A DNA stretch of 63,084 bases, filler included, from Parachlamydiales bacterium (GCA_020051075.1; 5 parts of 5 records of this genome joined end to end with filler, not necessarily neighbours in it), one strand, 5' to 3'; positions 9,588-19,350 are shown, counted from the first letter of the whole stretch. Numbers and translations: made by a program. The notes: a model not told the origin generated them from the letters alone.

Positions 9588-10343
9588 ATGGTTTCTATGA
9601 GATCTTCAAATCCCGCACTCATTTCTAATCCATTTTCTAATTTTGGTTTGCTAGGGGAAACCGACTCGATGACAATCGGAGGCACTGTCAATAAGACAGG
9701 GATTCTGTTATTACTCGTTCTCCTCCCTGCAGCTTTTGTCTGGCAACAGTTTTATTCTGCTGGCCAAAACCCGGCAGCCGTCCAATCGTGGATGCTGATC
9801 GGAATGATTGGCGGACTGATCTTCTCGTTAGCGACAATATTCAAGATGACTTGGGCTCCAATCACAGCTCCATTATATGCTATCATGCAAGGGCTTTTCT
9901 TGGGTGGGATCTCAGGAATATTCGAGCATAGCTATCCTGGCATTGTCATGCAGGCAGTCAGCCTTTCAATCTCAACGTTGTTGGTGATGTTAGCTGCCTA
10001 TCAAGCAGGTTGGGTGCGGGCGACTGAGCGTTTTAAATGGGGTGTCATTGCAGCAACAGGAGGAATCGCAGTTGTCTACTTAGTGTCGATGGTTCTCGGG
10101 TTATTCGGTATTCACCTTTCTTTCATCACTGGAAACAGCTTTTTTAGCATACTGTTTAGTTGCTTTGTCGTTGCGATTGCCGCTTTAAACTTCGTATTAG
10201 ACTTCGATTTCATTGAACAAGGTTCCCGTGCGAGAGTTCCAAAATATATGGAATGGTATGGAGCTTTTGCTTTGATGGTCACCTTAATTTGGCTGTACAT
10301 TGAGATTTTGCGCCTGCTATCAAAAATCAATAGCCGACGTTAG
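9588..10343 (+). CDS. Bax inhibitor-1/YccA-like membrane protein
   Basis: MTIGGTVNKT, YPGIVMQAV, LDFDFIEQG, EWYGAFALMVTLIWLYIEILRLL. Confidence 0.92.
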   Translation: MVSMRSSNPALISNPFSNFGLLGETDSMTIGGTVNKTGILLLLVLLPAAFVWQQFYSAGQNPAAVQSWMLIGMIGGLIFSLATIFKMTWAPITAPLYAIMQGLFLGGISGIFEHSYPGIVMQAVSLSISTLLVMLAAYQAGWVRATERFKWGVIAATGGIAVVYLVSMVLGLFGIHLSFITGNSFFSILFSCFVVAIAALNFVLDFDFIEQGSRARVPKYMEWYGAFALMVTLIWLYIEILRLLSKINSRR

Positions 10344-10374
10344 ACCGGCATCTAGTTGAAATTGCCCATCTGGA

Positions 10375-10447
10375 CTGTGCCAAAGCTCCCGCGGTTGAAC
10401 GATCGTAAATCACCCAATATTAAGTCAATATGGGTTGATTTACGATC
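10375..10447. repeat. Palindromic MITE-like element, truncated at contig end; related to 26592-26754
   Basis: Shares AAAGCTCCCGCGGTT.AACGATCGTAA core; central hairpin GATCGTAAATCA..TGATTTACGATC. Confidence 0.7.
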
Positions 10448-10547
10448 NNNNNNNNNNNNNNNNNNNNNNNNNNNNNNNNNNNNNNNNNNNNTTAATTAAT
10501 TAANNNNNNNNNNNNNNNNNNNNNNNNNNNNNNNNNNNNNNNNNNNN
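10448..10547. other. Artificial contig linker (N44-TTAATTAATTAA-N44)
   Basis: Six-frame-stop linker within Ns, identical at four sites. Confidence 0.99.
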
Positions 10548-10739
10548 GAGGAGATTTAAAATCACATTTCCTGCACCGCCAGGTTTGTGCTCTTCTCTAG
10601 AAACATTCACAATCGCCACAGGAGCTTCCGGAGAGATCCGCCGCGCTTTACCAACGGTATAGGTGTCGAGGAGCATATCGCCAACAACCAGAACCTTAGA
10701 AGGGTTAAGACGGCTTAGCGTATTTGCAAGTTTTACCAT
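10548..10739 (-). CDS. rfaE: D-glycero-beta-D-manno-heptose-7-phosphate kinase (RfaE/HldE), N-terminus only, cut by contig end
   Basis: VLVVGDMLLDTY..G..RISPEAPV..PGGAGNV. Confidence 0.92.
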
Positions 10740-11719
10740 ATCTTTCCTGGAACTAAGTAGTTTTTTACATAATCAAATACTGAATCTTTTAAACTCATGC
10801 AGTTGACACTGTCATTAAGGACTGCTTTAGTCTTCGTCATCTCTGCTCGGCTATAGTTTTGATACTTGCCAATCAATTCTGACGGCATATCGATGTATTC
10901 AATATTGGGTTCTTGTCCAAGAGCACGATAGACTGATTCTGCTAATTCTTTCCAAGTTGAGGCAACGCCGCTGCCGATGTTAAACAACCCACCCACATCA
11001 TTTTCTAGAAAATCGCAAGTCATTCGAACAACATCTTTAACATAAATAAAGTCACGCTTCTGCTCGCCATCAGCGAATTGATCCGGCACATTGGATTTGA
11101 AAAGCTTCACCCGCTCCCCTTTCTGTATCTGAGGGACCATGCGAGTAATCGCCGAAGCCATTCGCCCTTTATGCAATTCGTTGGGACCGAATACGTTAAA
11201 GTATTTAAGGCCGACAATGCGATCGAAGACCCCTTCATTCAGCGCCCACTGATCAAAAAGCTGTTTGGAAAATCCATACATATTCAAGGGTTGAAGTTCA
11301 TAAATGGACTTTTCATCATCGTTAAACCCTTGGCCCCCATCTCCATACGTTGCCGCTGAAGAAGCGTAAATAAATCTGTGGCCATGCTTTAGAGCATATT
11401 CGGCTAATCGACATGTATAACGATAATTATTTTCAAGAAGATAGCTCGCATCAACTTCCATGGTATCCGAGCATGCCCCCAAATGGATGAATGCTTCGAC
11501 AATGGACTCTTTTCCTTCGAGCCAATCAAAGAGTTGAGATTTATGCAGGGTGTCGACAAACCGTTTATGGACGAGGTTCTTCCATTTTTCTTTTTTCCCT
11601 AGCTCGTCGACAACGATAATATTCGTTTTTCCTAGATCGTTCAAATAGCGAATGATACAAGAACCGATAAAGCCGGCTCCACCAGTCACGATTATGAGTT
11701 GGTCGTCATAGTGTTTCAT
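10733..11719 (-). CDS. hldD: ADP-L-glycero-D-manno-heptose-6-epimerase
   Basis: TGGAGFIGS, HLGACSDT, YASSAATYG, PLNMYGFSK, HKGRMAS; adjacent to rfaE. Confidence 0.96.
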   Translation of the reverse strand: MKHYDDQLIIVTGGAGFIGSCIIRYLNDLGKTNIIVVDELGKKEKWKNLVHKRFVDTLHKSQLFDWLEGKESIVEAFIHLGACSDTMEVDASYLLENNYRYTCRLAEYALKHGHRFIYASSAATYGDGGQGFNDDEKSIYELQPLNMYGFSKQLFDQWALNEGVFDRIVGLKYFNVFGPNELHKGRMASAITRMVPQIQKGERVKLFKSNVPDQFADGEQKRDFIYVKDVVRMTCDFLENDVGGLFNIGSGVASTWKELAESVYRALGQEPNIEYIDMPSELIGKYQNYSRAEMTKTKAVLNDSVNCMSLKDSVFDYVKNYLVPGKIW

Positions 11720-11982
11720 CGCTTTCCCTCATCAATTTTCATAGGAGAGTACGATAACAAAAAAAGAGCGAAAATTCAAGGGTTATATCGAGATTAAACC
11801 GAGACGCTGATGTAAAGGGAGGATGAAATACAAAGAAAGTATTTTAATTTATTCAACCAAATCCTCGAAGAAGCGGAAGAGGAACGGTTATAGACAGAAC
11901 GTTGATTTGATGCGGTTAAGGGTGAGGGAAAGCTCGGGTCGACTGATTCATGTTCGACTTTTGCAATCCCTCGTGATTCCTA

Positions 11983-13143
11983 TTAGTAAAAGGGAGTTGG
12001 TACTCTCTTTAATTCTGCTTCAATTTCTTCAAAACTTATTTGGAGAAAATTTCTAGGATCGAACTTCTCATCTTTATTTATAGGCTTGAACAGTTGCACG
12101 TTTCTTCCACATATAGGAGATAAACTACTATTGACGAGACCTAAAGTCAATTGTGCGTTTTTAATAAGACACAATGTAATAGGGGTAGGATCTTGTTCGC
12201 CGGGCACGTTAATGTCCACATCGAAGATATAGGATGCATTCGTGGTACGATTCAAAGGTGCTTCTGTCAGAAAGTGTCGAATTGAACAATGGGCAATTTC
12301 GAACATCGGACCGGCATCTCTCGGCCTCATGTAAATATGTTGAGTCCTATCACACTCAGGATGTTCTACAAACAAACGATTAGCTCCGATCGAGATTCGT
12401 CGCGTTGTTGCTGCAGTCTGCACTTCTGATGAAGGCGGCATTCCTATCCAAATAGCGTCTGGCGATGACGAAGTTGAAGGTCTTATAACCGTCGGTATTG
12501 ATGGAACTGTGCTTGACGTAGGTGGAGTTGATGGAGTTGAACTCGGCAGCGTTGATGGAGTTGAACTCGGCAGCGTTGATGGAGTTGAACTCGGCAGCGT
12601 TGATGGAGTTGGTGGATTTGAACTCGGCGGCGTTGATGGAGTTGATGGAGTTGAACTCGGCGGCGTTGATGGAGTTGATGGAGTTGAACTTGGCGGCGTT
12701 GATGGAGTTGAAGGTCTTGCAATCGGCAGAGCTGATGGAACTATTCTTGGCGGCGTTGGAGTTGAAGGTCTTGGAATCGTCGTTGATGGAGTTGAACTTG
12801 GCGGCGTTGATGGAGTTGAAGGTCTTGGAATCGTCGTTGATGGAGTTGAAATTGGCGGCGTTGATGGAGTTGAACTCGGTGGCGTTGATGGAGTTGAACT
12901 CGGTGGCGTTGAAAGAACTGTGCTGGAAGGTATTGGGGTTGAATTGTTGTTCGAACTGCTTGAACCTGTTTGACGACGTGCTTTCCAGATAAATTGTGCA
13001 GCAAAGCCAATAACAGCTAATGTTAGTATGGCCAAAGCAGCAATAGTTACTTTTTGTTGCAATGGAGAGATGTTCTTAAATGTGGCTACAATGTTCGTGT
13101 AGAACAATCCACAGGGATTTGACAGATTAACAGCGTTTGACAT
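11983..13143 (-). CDS. Membrane-anchored protein with long Pro/Ser/Thr tandem-repeat stalk
   Basis: TM helix at about aa 33-53, (PPSSTPST)n region, unique C-terminal domain. Confidence 0.75.
   Translation of the reverse strand: MSNAVNLSNPCGLFYTNIVATFKNISPLQQKVTIAALAILTLAVIGFAAQFIWKARRQTGSSSSNNNSTPIPSSTVLSTPPSSTPSTPPSSTPSTPPISTPSTTIPRPSTPSTPPSSTPSTTIPRPSTPTPPRIVPSALPIARPSTPSTPPSSTPSTPSTPPSSTPSTPSTPPSSNPPTPSTLPSSTPSTLPSSTPSTLPSSTPSTPPTSSTVPSIPTVIRPSTSSSPDAIWIGMPPSSEVQTAATTRRISIGANRLFVEHPECDRTQHIYMRPRDAGPMFEIAHCSIRHFLTEAPLNRTTNASYIFDVDINVPGEQDPTPITLCLIKNAQLTLGLVNSSLSPICGRNVQLFKPINKDEKFDPRNFLQISFEEIEAELKRVPTPFY
12520..12910. repeat. Coding tandem repeat of 24-bp units (GTTGATGGAGTTGAACTCGGCGGC) with 9-bp variants
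   Basis: Visible repeats; encode PSTPPSST on the minus strand. Confidence 0.9.
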
Positions 13144-13290
13144 GATAGTTACCTATTTTTATGAATTAAAAAATAATTCTATCATAAAAATGAAATCATT
13201 TCTACAAAAATCTTAAACATATTTATAGTTATTTAATTTAACAGCCATTGCATTAACTATTTATGGCCCAACTTCATCAGGGATAGGGCA

Positions 13291-13416
13291 TATGGACTTT
13301 ATGGACAGGTATGGACTTTATGGACAGGTATGGACTTTATGGACGAAAATTAGATTGATTAACAACAATACATGTCCATATTGTCCATACCTGTCCATAT
13401 TGTCCATACAGTCCAT
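13291..13416. repeat. Inverted pair of short tandem arrays (ATGGAC units)
   Basis: (TATGGACTTTATGGACAGG)x2.8 at 13291-13344 versus GTCCAT x5 at 13374-13416. Confidence 0.85.
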
Positions 13417-13438
13417 TTAGACTTCTGCAATGACCTCT

Positions 13439-14320
13439 TTAGGTCCATTGTGATGACTGATACCAAACTGTACTTTTGCGATTAATCGTTGTTGTCGAAT
13501 AGATCATCGCCTGTTGGTTTTTTGGAAAAACGCCTTGTCCAAGGCAAAAGAAAGCTGTGCCAGATCCACTCATCAGAACGGATTGAAATCCTCCCTGTTG
13601 AAGCTGAAGCTTCAGTTCAAGAAGGGAGGGTTTTGCTTCAAAAGCAGGGCCTTCCAAATCATTGAATGGGGGGATTGAACCTGATAAGAAAGCGTCAAGA
13701 TCTCTTTGAATGATGTGACTTTCTGTTTTTTGTAATTTGAACCGCTTAAACACTTCAGGTGTGGATAACCCTTCTGGGGGCTTGACGATCCAAATTTGCT
13801 GCGCTGGCAGCGCTGGGAGAGAGTGAACTTCCTCCCCTCTTCCTGTGCAATAGGCGGTCCCTTGAGAGAAAAAAAACGGAACATCCGATCCCAATTCCGC
13901 TCCCCATTCTTGCAGTATTGCCGAAGAGATGCGCGTCTTGGCTAACTCATTGCAGCCCCATAATGCAGAGGCGGCATTGCTGCTCCCTCCTCCCAATCCA
14001 GCTTGCATCGGAATGTGCTTATCAAGGTGGATGTCAAATCCCCCTGTGAATCCTGTTTTCATTTTAAAGAGCGCCACAGCTTTTGCAACCAGATTGGTGT
14101 GATCTAATGACAATTCAGCCTGAGGGTGGGATGATGGGAGCGTTGTCAGATGGGATGTTGCTGTTAATCTATCTTCATCGCTTAAGTTTACTGTTAACGT
14201 ATCGCCTAAACTGATCGTTTGGAAAACAGATGATAGATTATGATAACCGTCTAGTCTCTTGGAGACAACGCGGAGAAATAAATTAATCTTTGCCGGTGAA
14301 AATAGTGTTAAACGATCCAT
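13439..14320 (-). CDS. ispE: 4-diphosphocytidyl-2-C-methyl-D-erythritol kinase
   Basis: SPAKINLFL..DGYH, IPMQAGLGGGSSNAA, LGSDVPFF, MSGSG. Confidence 0.96.
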   Translation of the reverse strand: MDRLTLFSPAKINLFLRVVSKRLDGYHNLSSVFQTISLGDTLTVNLSDEDRLTATSHLTTLPSSHPQAELSLDHTNLVAKAVALFKMKTGFTGGFDIHLDKHIPMQAGLGGGSSNAASALWGCNELAKTRISSAILQEWGAELGSDVPFFFSQGTAYCTGRGEEVHSLPALPAQQIWIVKPPEGLSTPEVFKRFKLQKTESHIIQRDLDAFLSGSIPPFNDLEGPAFEAKPSLLELKLQLQQGGFQSVLMSGSGTAFFCLGQGVFPKNQQAMIYSTTTINRKSTVWYQSSQWT

Positions 14321-14361
14321 CTCAACATTCCTATTTTAACACGAGGTACGAATTTCTAACG

Positions 14362-14576
14362 AGGCACAGGATAAGCAAAAGAGACAAAACAGGATTGGCA
14401 GGATAGGGAGGATCGCTTCGCGGCAGGATAGGCAAGATGATAAGAAATTTCTGGTAACCATCGAATGAAAAATAAAAACGTATCTCATCTATCACCACAC
14501 TCTTGTCTATCCTGCCGCGAAGCGATCCTCCCTATCCTGCCTATCCTGTTTTGTCCCTTTTGCTTATCCTGTGCCT
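14362..14576. repeat. Long inverted repeat built of AGGATAGGC-type units (family A element)
   Basis: 76-bp arms at 14362-14437 and 14501-14576 with 3 mismatches. Confidence 0.9.
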
Positions 14577-14586
14577 GTGTCAAAGT

Positions 14587-15072
14587 CTATTTCTGTTCTT
14601 GCTGGGCTAAGCGATGCCCCTCTTCAGAAATGATTTTGAGATGCACAAGCGCAGCAACATCTTCTTTCAGTTTGACATGAATATCATGCACACCAGTTGT
14701 TTTCACTGGATGCTTAAGCTGAATGGCCTTCCTCTCCAAGCTCACATGATGATGCTCTTGCAAAAGATGGACGATATCGGCAGCGCTCACGGACCCGTAC
14801 ATATGACCGTCATGATCGACCTTAACGACAACAGTCAATGTAATGCCTTGTAGACGAGAAGCTGTCTCTTCGGATTCTTGCTTATCTTGAATCGCCTTCT
14901 TCAATCTCTCTTCTTTCAGCTTCTGCTGCATTCTTAGTGTTCTTTCACTTGCAATCACTGCAACTTTTTGCGGCAATAAGAAATTGCGGGCATAGCCTTC
15001 TCTAACAGAGACAACTTCCCCTTGTCTTCCAAGGGTCTCTACATCTTCTGTCAATAATACTTGTGTAGCCAT
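14587..15072 (-). CDS. rplI: 50S ribosomal protein L9
   Basis: LGRQGEVVSVREGYARNFLLP, YGSVS. Confidence 0.97.
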   Translation of the reverse strand: MATQVLLTEDVETLGRQGEVVSVREGYARNFLLPQKVAVIASERTLRMQQKLKEERLKKAIQDKQESEETASRLQGITLTVVVKVDHDGHMYGSVSAADIVHLLQEHHHVSLERKAIQLKHPVKTTGVHDIHVKLKEDVAALVHLKIISEEGHRLAQQEQK

Positions 15073-15092
15073 AGTTCTTTCTCCTTCTAATC

Positions 15093-15353
15093 TTAAACTT
15101 CAGCAACGAATGGCAACAATGCTACATGCCTGGCCCGTTTGATTGCCGCAGTGAGCTTTTTTTGATAGCGAGCCGATACACCAGTGATACGTCGAGGGAG
15201 GATTTTTCCCCGCTCTGTAATAAACTGTCCTAAAGTATCGATGTCTTTGTAATCAATTTCTTTGATCCCTGAAGCGATAAAAGGACAATGCTTTCGCTTT
15301 CTAGAACGACTTTCAGGATATTCAGAATTAAATTTTGGTCTTCTTTGCATCAT
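15093..15353 (-). CDS. rpsR: 30S ribosomal protein S18
   Basis: [31 protein letters not shown]. Confidence 0.98.
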   Translation of the reverse strand: MMQRRPKFNSEYPESRSRKRKHCPFIASGIKEIDYKDIDTLGQFITERGKILPRRITGVSARYQKKLTAAIKRARHVALLPFVAEV

Positions 15354-15365
15354 AATTGAAACTCC

Positions 15366-15710
15366 TTATTGCTGCTCAACTAATTTTTTAAATTCAATCT
15401 TATCCATCACTTTCTCTACTTGCAGGGTGATAAAACGGATGAGATCTTCATTGAGATGATATTCTTGCCACAACTCTGCAATCGCGGAAGTTGGAGCTTT
15501 AAAATAGAGGATGTAATAGTAGCCTTCGCGATGGCCATTGATTTCAAAGGCTAAACGGCGTCTCCCCTGCTCGTGAAGTTTTTCAATTTTTCCACCTCGG
15601 CTTGTGATGCCGTTTTGAATACGGTCAAGGGCCTTATGACGAGCATCATCGCTAAGTGTAGCGCTAATGACATACATTCCCTCGTAAAGGTTTTCTTTGT
15701 TATGAGTCAT
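15366..15710 (-). CDS. rpsF: 30S ribosomal protein S6
   Basis: YEGMYVI, GRRRLAFEI...EGYY; synteny. Confidence 0.96.
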   Translation of the reverse strand: MTHNKENLYEGMYVISATLSDDARHKALDRIQNGITSRGGKIEKLHEQGRRRLAFEINGHREGYYYILYFKAPTSAIAELWQEYHLNEDLIRFITLQVEKVMDKIEFKKLVEQQ

Positions 15711-15720
15711 ATTAGTCTCC

Positions 15721-16377
15721 TCACCCTGTTATAGGGGGTTTAGTTAAATCATTCATCTCTGCTTCAAGCTTTGTCTGCCCATGGGCTTGACTCAGAGATC
15801 GATTAGCAAAACTCATCACTTCTGCAAGGCTCTCTTTGAGAAGTCTTTTCAGAATGTTCGAACCTCTGCTAATCACATTAGGTAATTCTTTTAATTCACT
15901 TTGATTAAATGTCTCTAAAACATATTCTGCTAATACCTGCTCACCTGGATGTCCCACCCCCACTCGTAAACGAGGATAATCATTTGCTCCTAGATGAGCT
16001 TCAACACTTTTCAATCCGTTATGGCCTCCGGCGCTTCCTTGCAACCGAAGTCGCAGCTGTCCAAACGGCAAAGCGACGTCATCTGTCACAACAACCAGCT
16101 GCTGGTGCGCGATCCCATAGTAATCGAGGTAGCGTCGAATTGCAGTCCCGCTAAGGTTCATATAGGTCATGGGTAAGACAAGATGAACTGCACACCCTTC
16201 GACCTTTCCTTTGGCCACTTTTGCATTAAACTGACCCTCATCCTTAAAAGACCAGTTGAATTCGATGGCTAACGCCTGCACAATGATAAATCCGATATTG
16301 TGGCGAGTCATTTCATACTCTCGCCCAGGATTTCCCAATCCAGCGATCACTAAGGCCTGCAAACCAGCGTCTGCCAT
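15721..16377 (-). CDS. pth: Peptidyl-tRNA hydrolase
   Basis: GLGNPG.EY..TRHNIGF, TYMNLSG, GSAGGHNGLKS. Confidence 0.98.
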   Translation of the reverse strand: MADAGLQALVIAGLGNPGREYEMTRHNIGFIIVQALAIEFNWSFKDEGQFNAKVAKGKVEGCAVHLVLPMTYMNLSGTAIRRYLDYYGIAHQQLVVVTDDVALPFGQLRLRLQGSAGGHNGLKSVEAHLGANDYPRLRVGVGHPGEQVLAEYVLETFNQSELKELPNVISRGSNILKRLLKESLAEVMSFANRSLSQAHGQTKLEAEMNDLTKPPITG

Positions 16378-16938
16378 TTACCGCTTCACAATGGCTGCAA
16401 CAACTTCGTTTAAATCAACTAAAGGGCGCACAGTCGGTGGAATATCGAGATCATGCAATCTTTTTGTCTGAAACAGAGCAAGATGTTGAACATCGATTTC
16501 AAGAAACAACGGCATATCTTTAGGTAGACAACGGATCCGCAGATGCCTAATCGGCTGCCGCAATACCCCTCCAAGCTTAATCCCGACGCAGTCAACTTGT
16601 CCGATACACTCAATCGGTACTTTAACATTGATTTTGTGATCCGGTAACAGCTCTTCGAAGTCAAGATGTGTCACATCATAGGTTGTGATAGCATATTGAA
16701 TCTCTTTAATAATGACGCGGCGTTCTTTTCCGCTTTCGTCGTTTAAAGAAAAAATCGTTGTTGGCAAATGGCCAGGCTTCACATGGCGCAAAATTGCGCT
16801 GAACTGGCTTCCATTAACAGCAATATTTTCTCCGGGCTGGCTGCGGCGATATAAGACTGCGGGAATAAATCCTTCGCGTCGTAGCCTCTTGACATCGCTT
16901 TTCTTCGTTCCCTTTCGGTCCACAGTTTGCAGTTTCAT
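16378..16938 (-). CDS. rplY: 50S ribosomal protein L25/Ctc
   Basis: [29 protein letters not shown] before ATG 16938. Confidence 0.95.
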   Translation of the reverse strand: MKLQTVDRKGTKKSDVKRLRREGFIPAVLYRRSQPGENIAVNGSQFSAILRHVKPGHLPTTIFSLNDESGKERRVIIKEIQYAITTYDVTHLDFEELLPDHKINVKVPIECIGQVDCVGIKLGGVLRQPIRHLRIRCLPKDMPLFLEIDVQHLALFQTKRLHDLDIPPTVRPLVDLNEVVAAIVKR

Positions 16939-17067
16939 GAATCCTCCAAAAAAATTAATAAACACAAAAACTCAGCAAAATTCTATCAAGAAATAGTTTT
17001 TCGTGTTTGTGAGCATACCTGAAAAGACATACGTTCGAACATGAACACGAAAAATATTCCGTAATTC

Positions 17068-17979
17068 CTAACGAATGGCGTTAACGATGAGGGGAGCAAT
17101 AGAAATGGTTTTTATCCATTCTGACCCCTTCAACTGTTCAGTTGAGGGGATGCTATTTGTTATCCACAGTTTTTCTAGAGGAGAATCTTTTAGCACGTTG
17201 ACTGACTCTCCCACACATAAACCGTGTGTAACAGCGCCAAAAACTTGTTTGGCACCCTTCTCATGGCACGCTTTCGCAGCTGACGCTAAAGTCACTCCAG
17301 TGGAGCAAATGTCGTCAGCGAGAAGTACTTTTTTTCCTTTAACATCCCCTATAAGGGTAGTATGGCATTCATTTTGGTGCTCTGCGCGCAATCTGTCTAT
17401 GACGGCAAAGCCTGCGCCTAGTTCAGCAGCATATGTTCGCGCAACTTGAATACTACCCACATTGGGGGCGACAACAACACAGTCGTCGTCTTGATGTTCT
17501 CTGAAGGATTCTAACAAGAGCTGATGCCCTTGCAGATTATCAACAGGAATATCAAAAAATCCTTGCATCTGGCTGGAGTGCAGATCGACAGAAACTAACC
17601 GGCTGATCCCCGCGGCTGCCAATAAATTGGCCACCAATTTAGCGGAAATGGCCACCCCAGGCCGATCTCTTCGGTCAGCGCGGCAATATCCAAAATAGGG
17701 GATCACCGCTGTGATCTTTCCTGCCTCCGCCCGCTTTAAAGCGTCGACAATAATAAGCAGTTCCATGAGGTCGTTGTTAGGTTCTCTTGCGATTGTCTGC
17801 AATACAACAACGTCCTGTTTCGAGACATCTTCTTCAATCTTAACAGCGATTTCTCCATCGGGGAAAGTCTCGATGAAAATTTTTCCTAATTCAATCTCTG
17901 CAAGTTGAGAGATTTCATGTGCTAAGGAAAGATGTGAAGTGCCCGAAAAAAATAGAGATCTGCCTTGTCTATTAACCAT
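17068..17979 (-). CDS. prs: Ribose-phosphate pyrophosphokinase (divergent active-site motifs)
   Basis: FPDGEI, LMELLI..DALKRA, AVIPYFGY, DLHS.QMQGFFDIPVDNL, VTHG. Confidence 0.9.
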   Translation of the reverse strand: MVNRQGRSLFFSGTSHLSLAHEISQLAEIELGKIFIETFPDGEIAVKIEEDVSKQDVVVLQTIAREPNNDLMELLIIVDALKRAEAGKITAVIPYFGYCRADRRDRPGVAISAKLVANLLAAAGISRLVSVDLHSSQMQGFFDIPVDNLQGHQLLLESFREHQDDDCVVVAPNVGSIQVARTYAAELGAGFAVIDRLRAEHQNECHTTLIGDVKGKKVLLADDICSTGVTLASAAKACHEKGAKQVFGAVTHGLCVGESVNVLKDSPLEKLWITNSIPSTEQLKGSEWIKTISIAPLIVNAIR

Positions 17980-18051
<72 letters not shown>

Positions 18052-18086
18052 ATAACGTATGCCGAGCTTTCAGATACAAAGACAGT

Positions 18087-18115
18087 ATGCTACACACCGT
18101 AGTTTTTTTTTTCAA
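18087..18115 (-). promoter_or_regulatory. Putative promoter of the tRNA-Gln-prs-rplY operon
   Basis: TTGAAA-N17-TAGCAT on the minus strand, with TG extension. Confidence 0.5.
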
Positions 18116-18205
18116 CCACAAAATTAAAAAAAACCAATTTTTTTTCGTGCCGTGCCAGAGCCTTTGCTGCTAACACTATGAGTACAGTATTGATCTTGAC
18201 TTTAC

Positions 18206-18595
18206 TAAACGCAAAGGCGCAAAGACACGAAGACGCAAAGAAGCGAAAACAGTAAACAGGGATAAGCAGGATAAGCAAAAAGGACTAAACAGGATAGGCA
18301 GGCATACGCAGCTAACTTCGATTTCTATCTTCAACTCTTATAAATGACTATATATTTACTATGAAAAATATGGAATGCGCACTTAGAATAATAGAAACAC
18401 AGAGGCACAGAGAACACAGAGAGGAAAAAATATCTCCCGCTCTCCGTGTCCTCTGTGCCTCTGTGTTTCAATTGTACTCTAGCAATTTCGAGAAGAAACA
18501 TAAGTTAGTCTGATGCGTATGCCTGCCTATCCATGTTATCTCTGTTTATGGTTTTCGCTTCTTTGCGTCTTCGTGTCTTTGCGCCTTTGCGTTTA
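18206..18595. repeat. Nested three-layer inverted-repeat element
   Basis: Perfect 45-bp outer IR at 18206-18250/18551-18595; GGATAGGCAGGCATACGCA middle IR; inner CACAGAGGCACAGAG IR at 18394-18469. Confidence 0.9.
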
Positions 18596-18732
18596 ATAGA
18601 AGCTAAGGACCGCTCTGCACTCACAGATGTCAGCAACTCGGGTTCGGGCTCGAGCCCAGAATAGGGATTGTCTGAAAATTGGATGATAGGTATGATTTTT
18701 ATTCAAACAAATTAAACGATACGAGCATTTGA

Positions 18733-19341
18733 GTGTCTATATTTCAGCTTGCGCTTTATTTTTTTGTGGTGACCAATCCAATTGGCAATAGTCCTACAAT
18801 CGTCGCTTTAGTCAAGGATTACACCCTTCGCGAACAGCAAAAAATCCTGTTTCGAGAAGCGATGTTTGCCCTGGCATTAGCTATATTTTTTCTTTTCCTT
18901 GGTAACACGTTTTTAACCAGTCTGTCCATCGATCAATATGCTCTCGAGATTAGCGGGGGCGTTTTACTCTTTCTTGTTGCATTAAAAATGATCTTTTCTT
19001 CCCCTGCAGATCATCATGTACAAGCGCCGAAAACGGCCCCATTTATTGTCCCTATAGCCACTCCTCTCCTCTCTGGTGCAGGCCTTTTCGCCACCATCAT
19101 GATTTATGCATCGCAGGAGCAGAACAACTTAAAGGTGTTGTCTGGAATCCTCCTCGCATGGGCTGGCATCACCCCAATACTTGTCTTTGCACCCTATCTG
19201 CAATTGCTCTTGGGAAAAAGGGGGTTATTAGCTCTAGAACAACTTATGGGAATGATTTTAGTAATGATCGCTATCGATTTAATCGTTGGAGGGTCGGCCC
19301 ATTTTCTGACAGTCCTGATTGCCGCTAGAGCACAAATATAA
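18733..19341 (+). CDS. MarC family membrane protein
   Basis: NPIGNSP, GGVLLFLVALKM, IVPIATPLLSGAG. Confidence 0.92.
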   Translation: MSIFQLALYFFVVTNPIGNSPTIVALVKDYTLREQQKILFREAMFALALAIFFLFLGNTFLTSLSIDQYALEISGGVLLFLVALKMIFSSPADHHVQAPKTAPFIVPIATPLLSGAGLFATIMIYASQEQNNLKVLSGILLAWAGITPILVFAPYLQLLLGKRGLLALEQLMGMILVMIAIDLIVGGSAHFLTVLIAARAQI

Positions 19342-19350
19342 AGGTTTATC

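Noticed and set aside
10448..10547. TTAATTAATTAA palindrome repeated four times within N runs
   Set aside because: Artificial six-frame-stop scaffold linker, not biology
12483..13010. Overlapping repetitive ORFs (GVDGVELG, LMELNSAA, QLHQRR)
   Set aside because: Shadow frames of the 24-bp repeat in the PST gene
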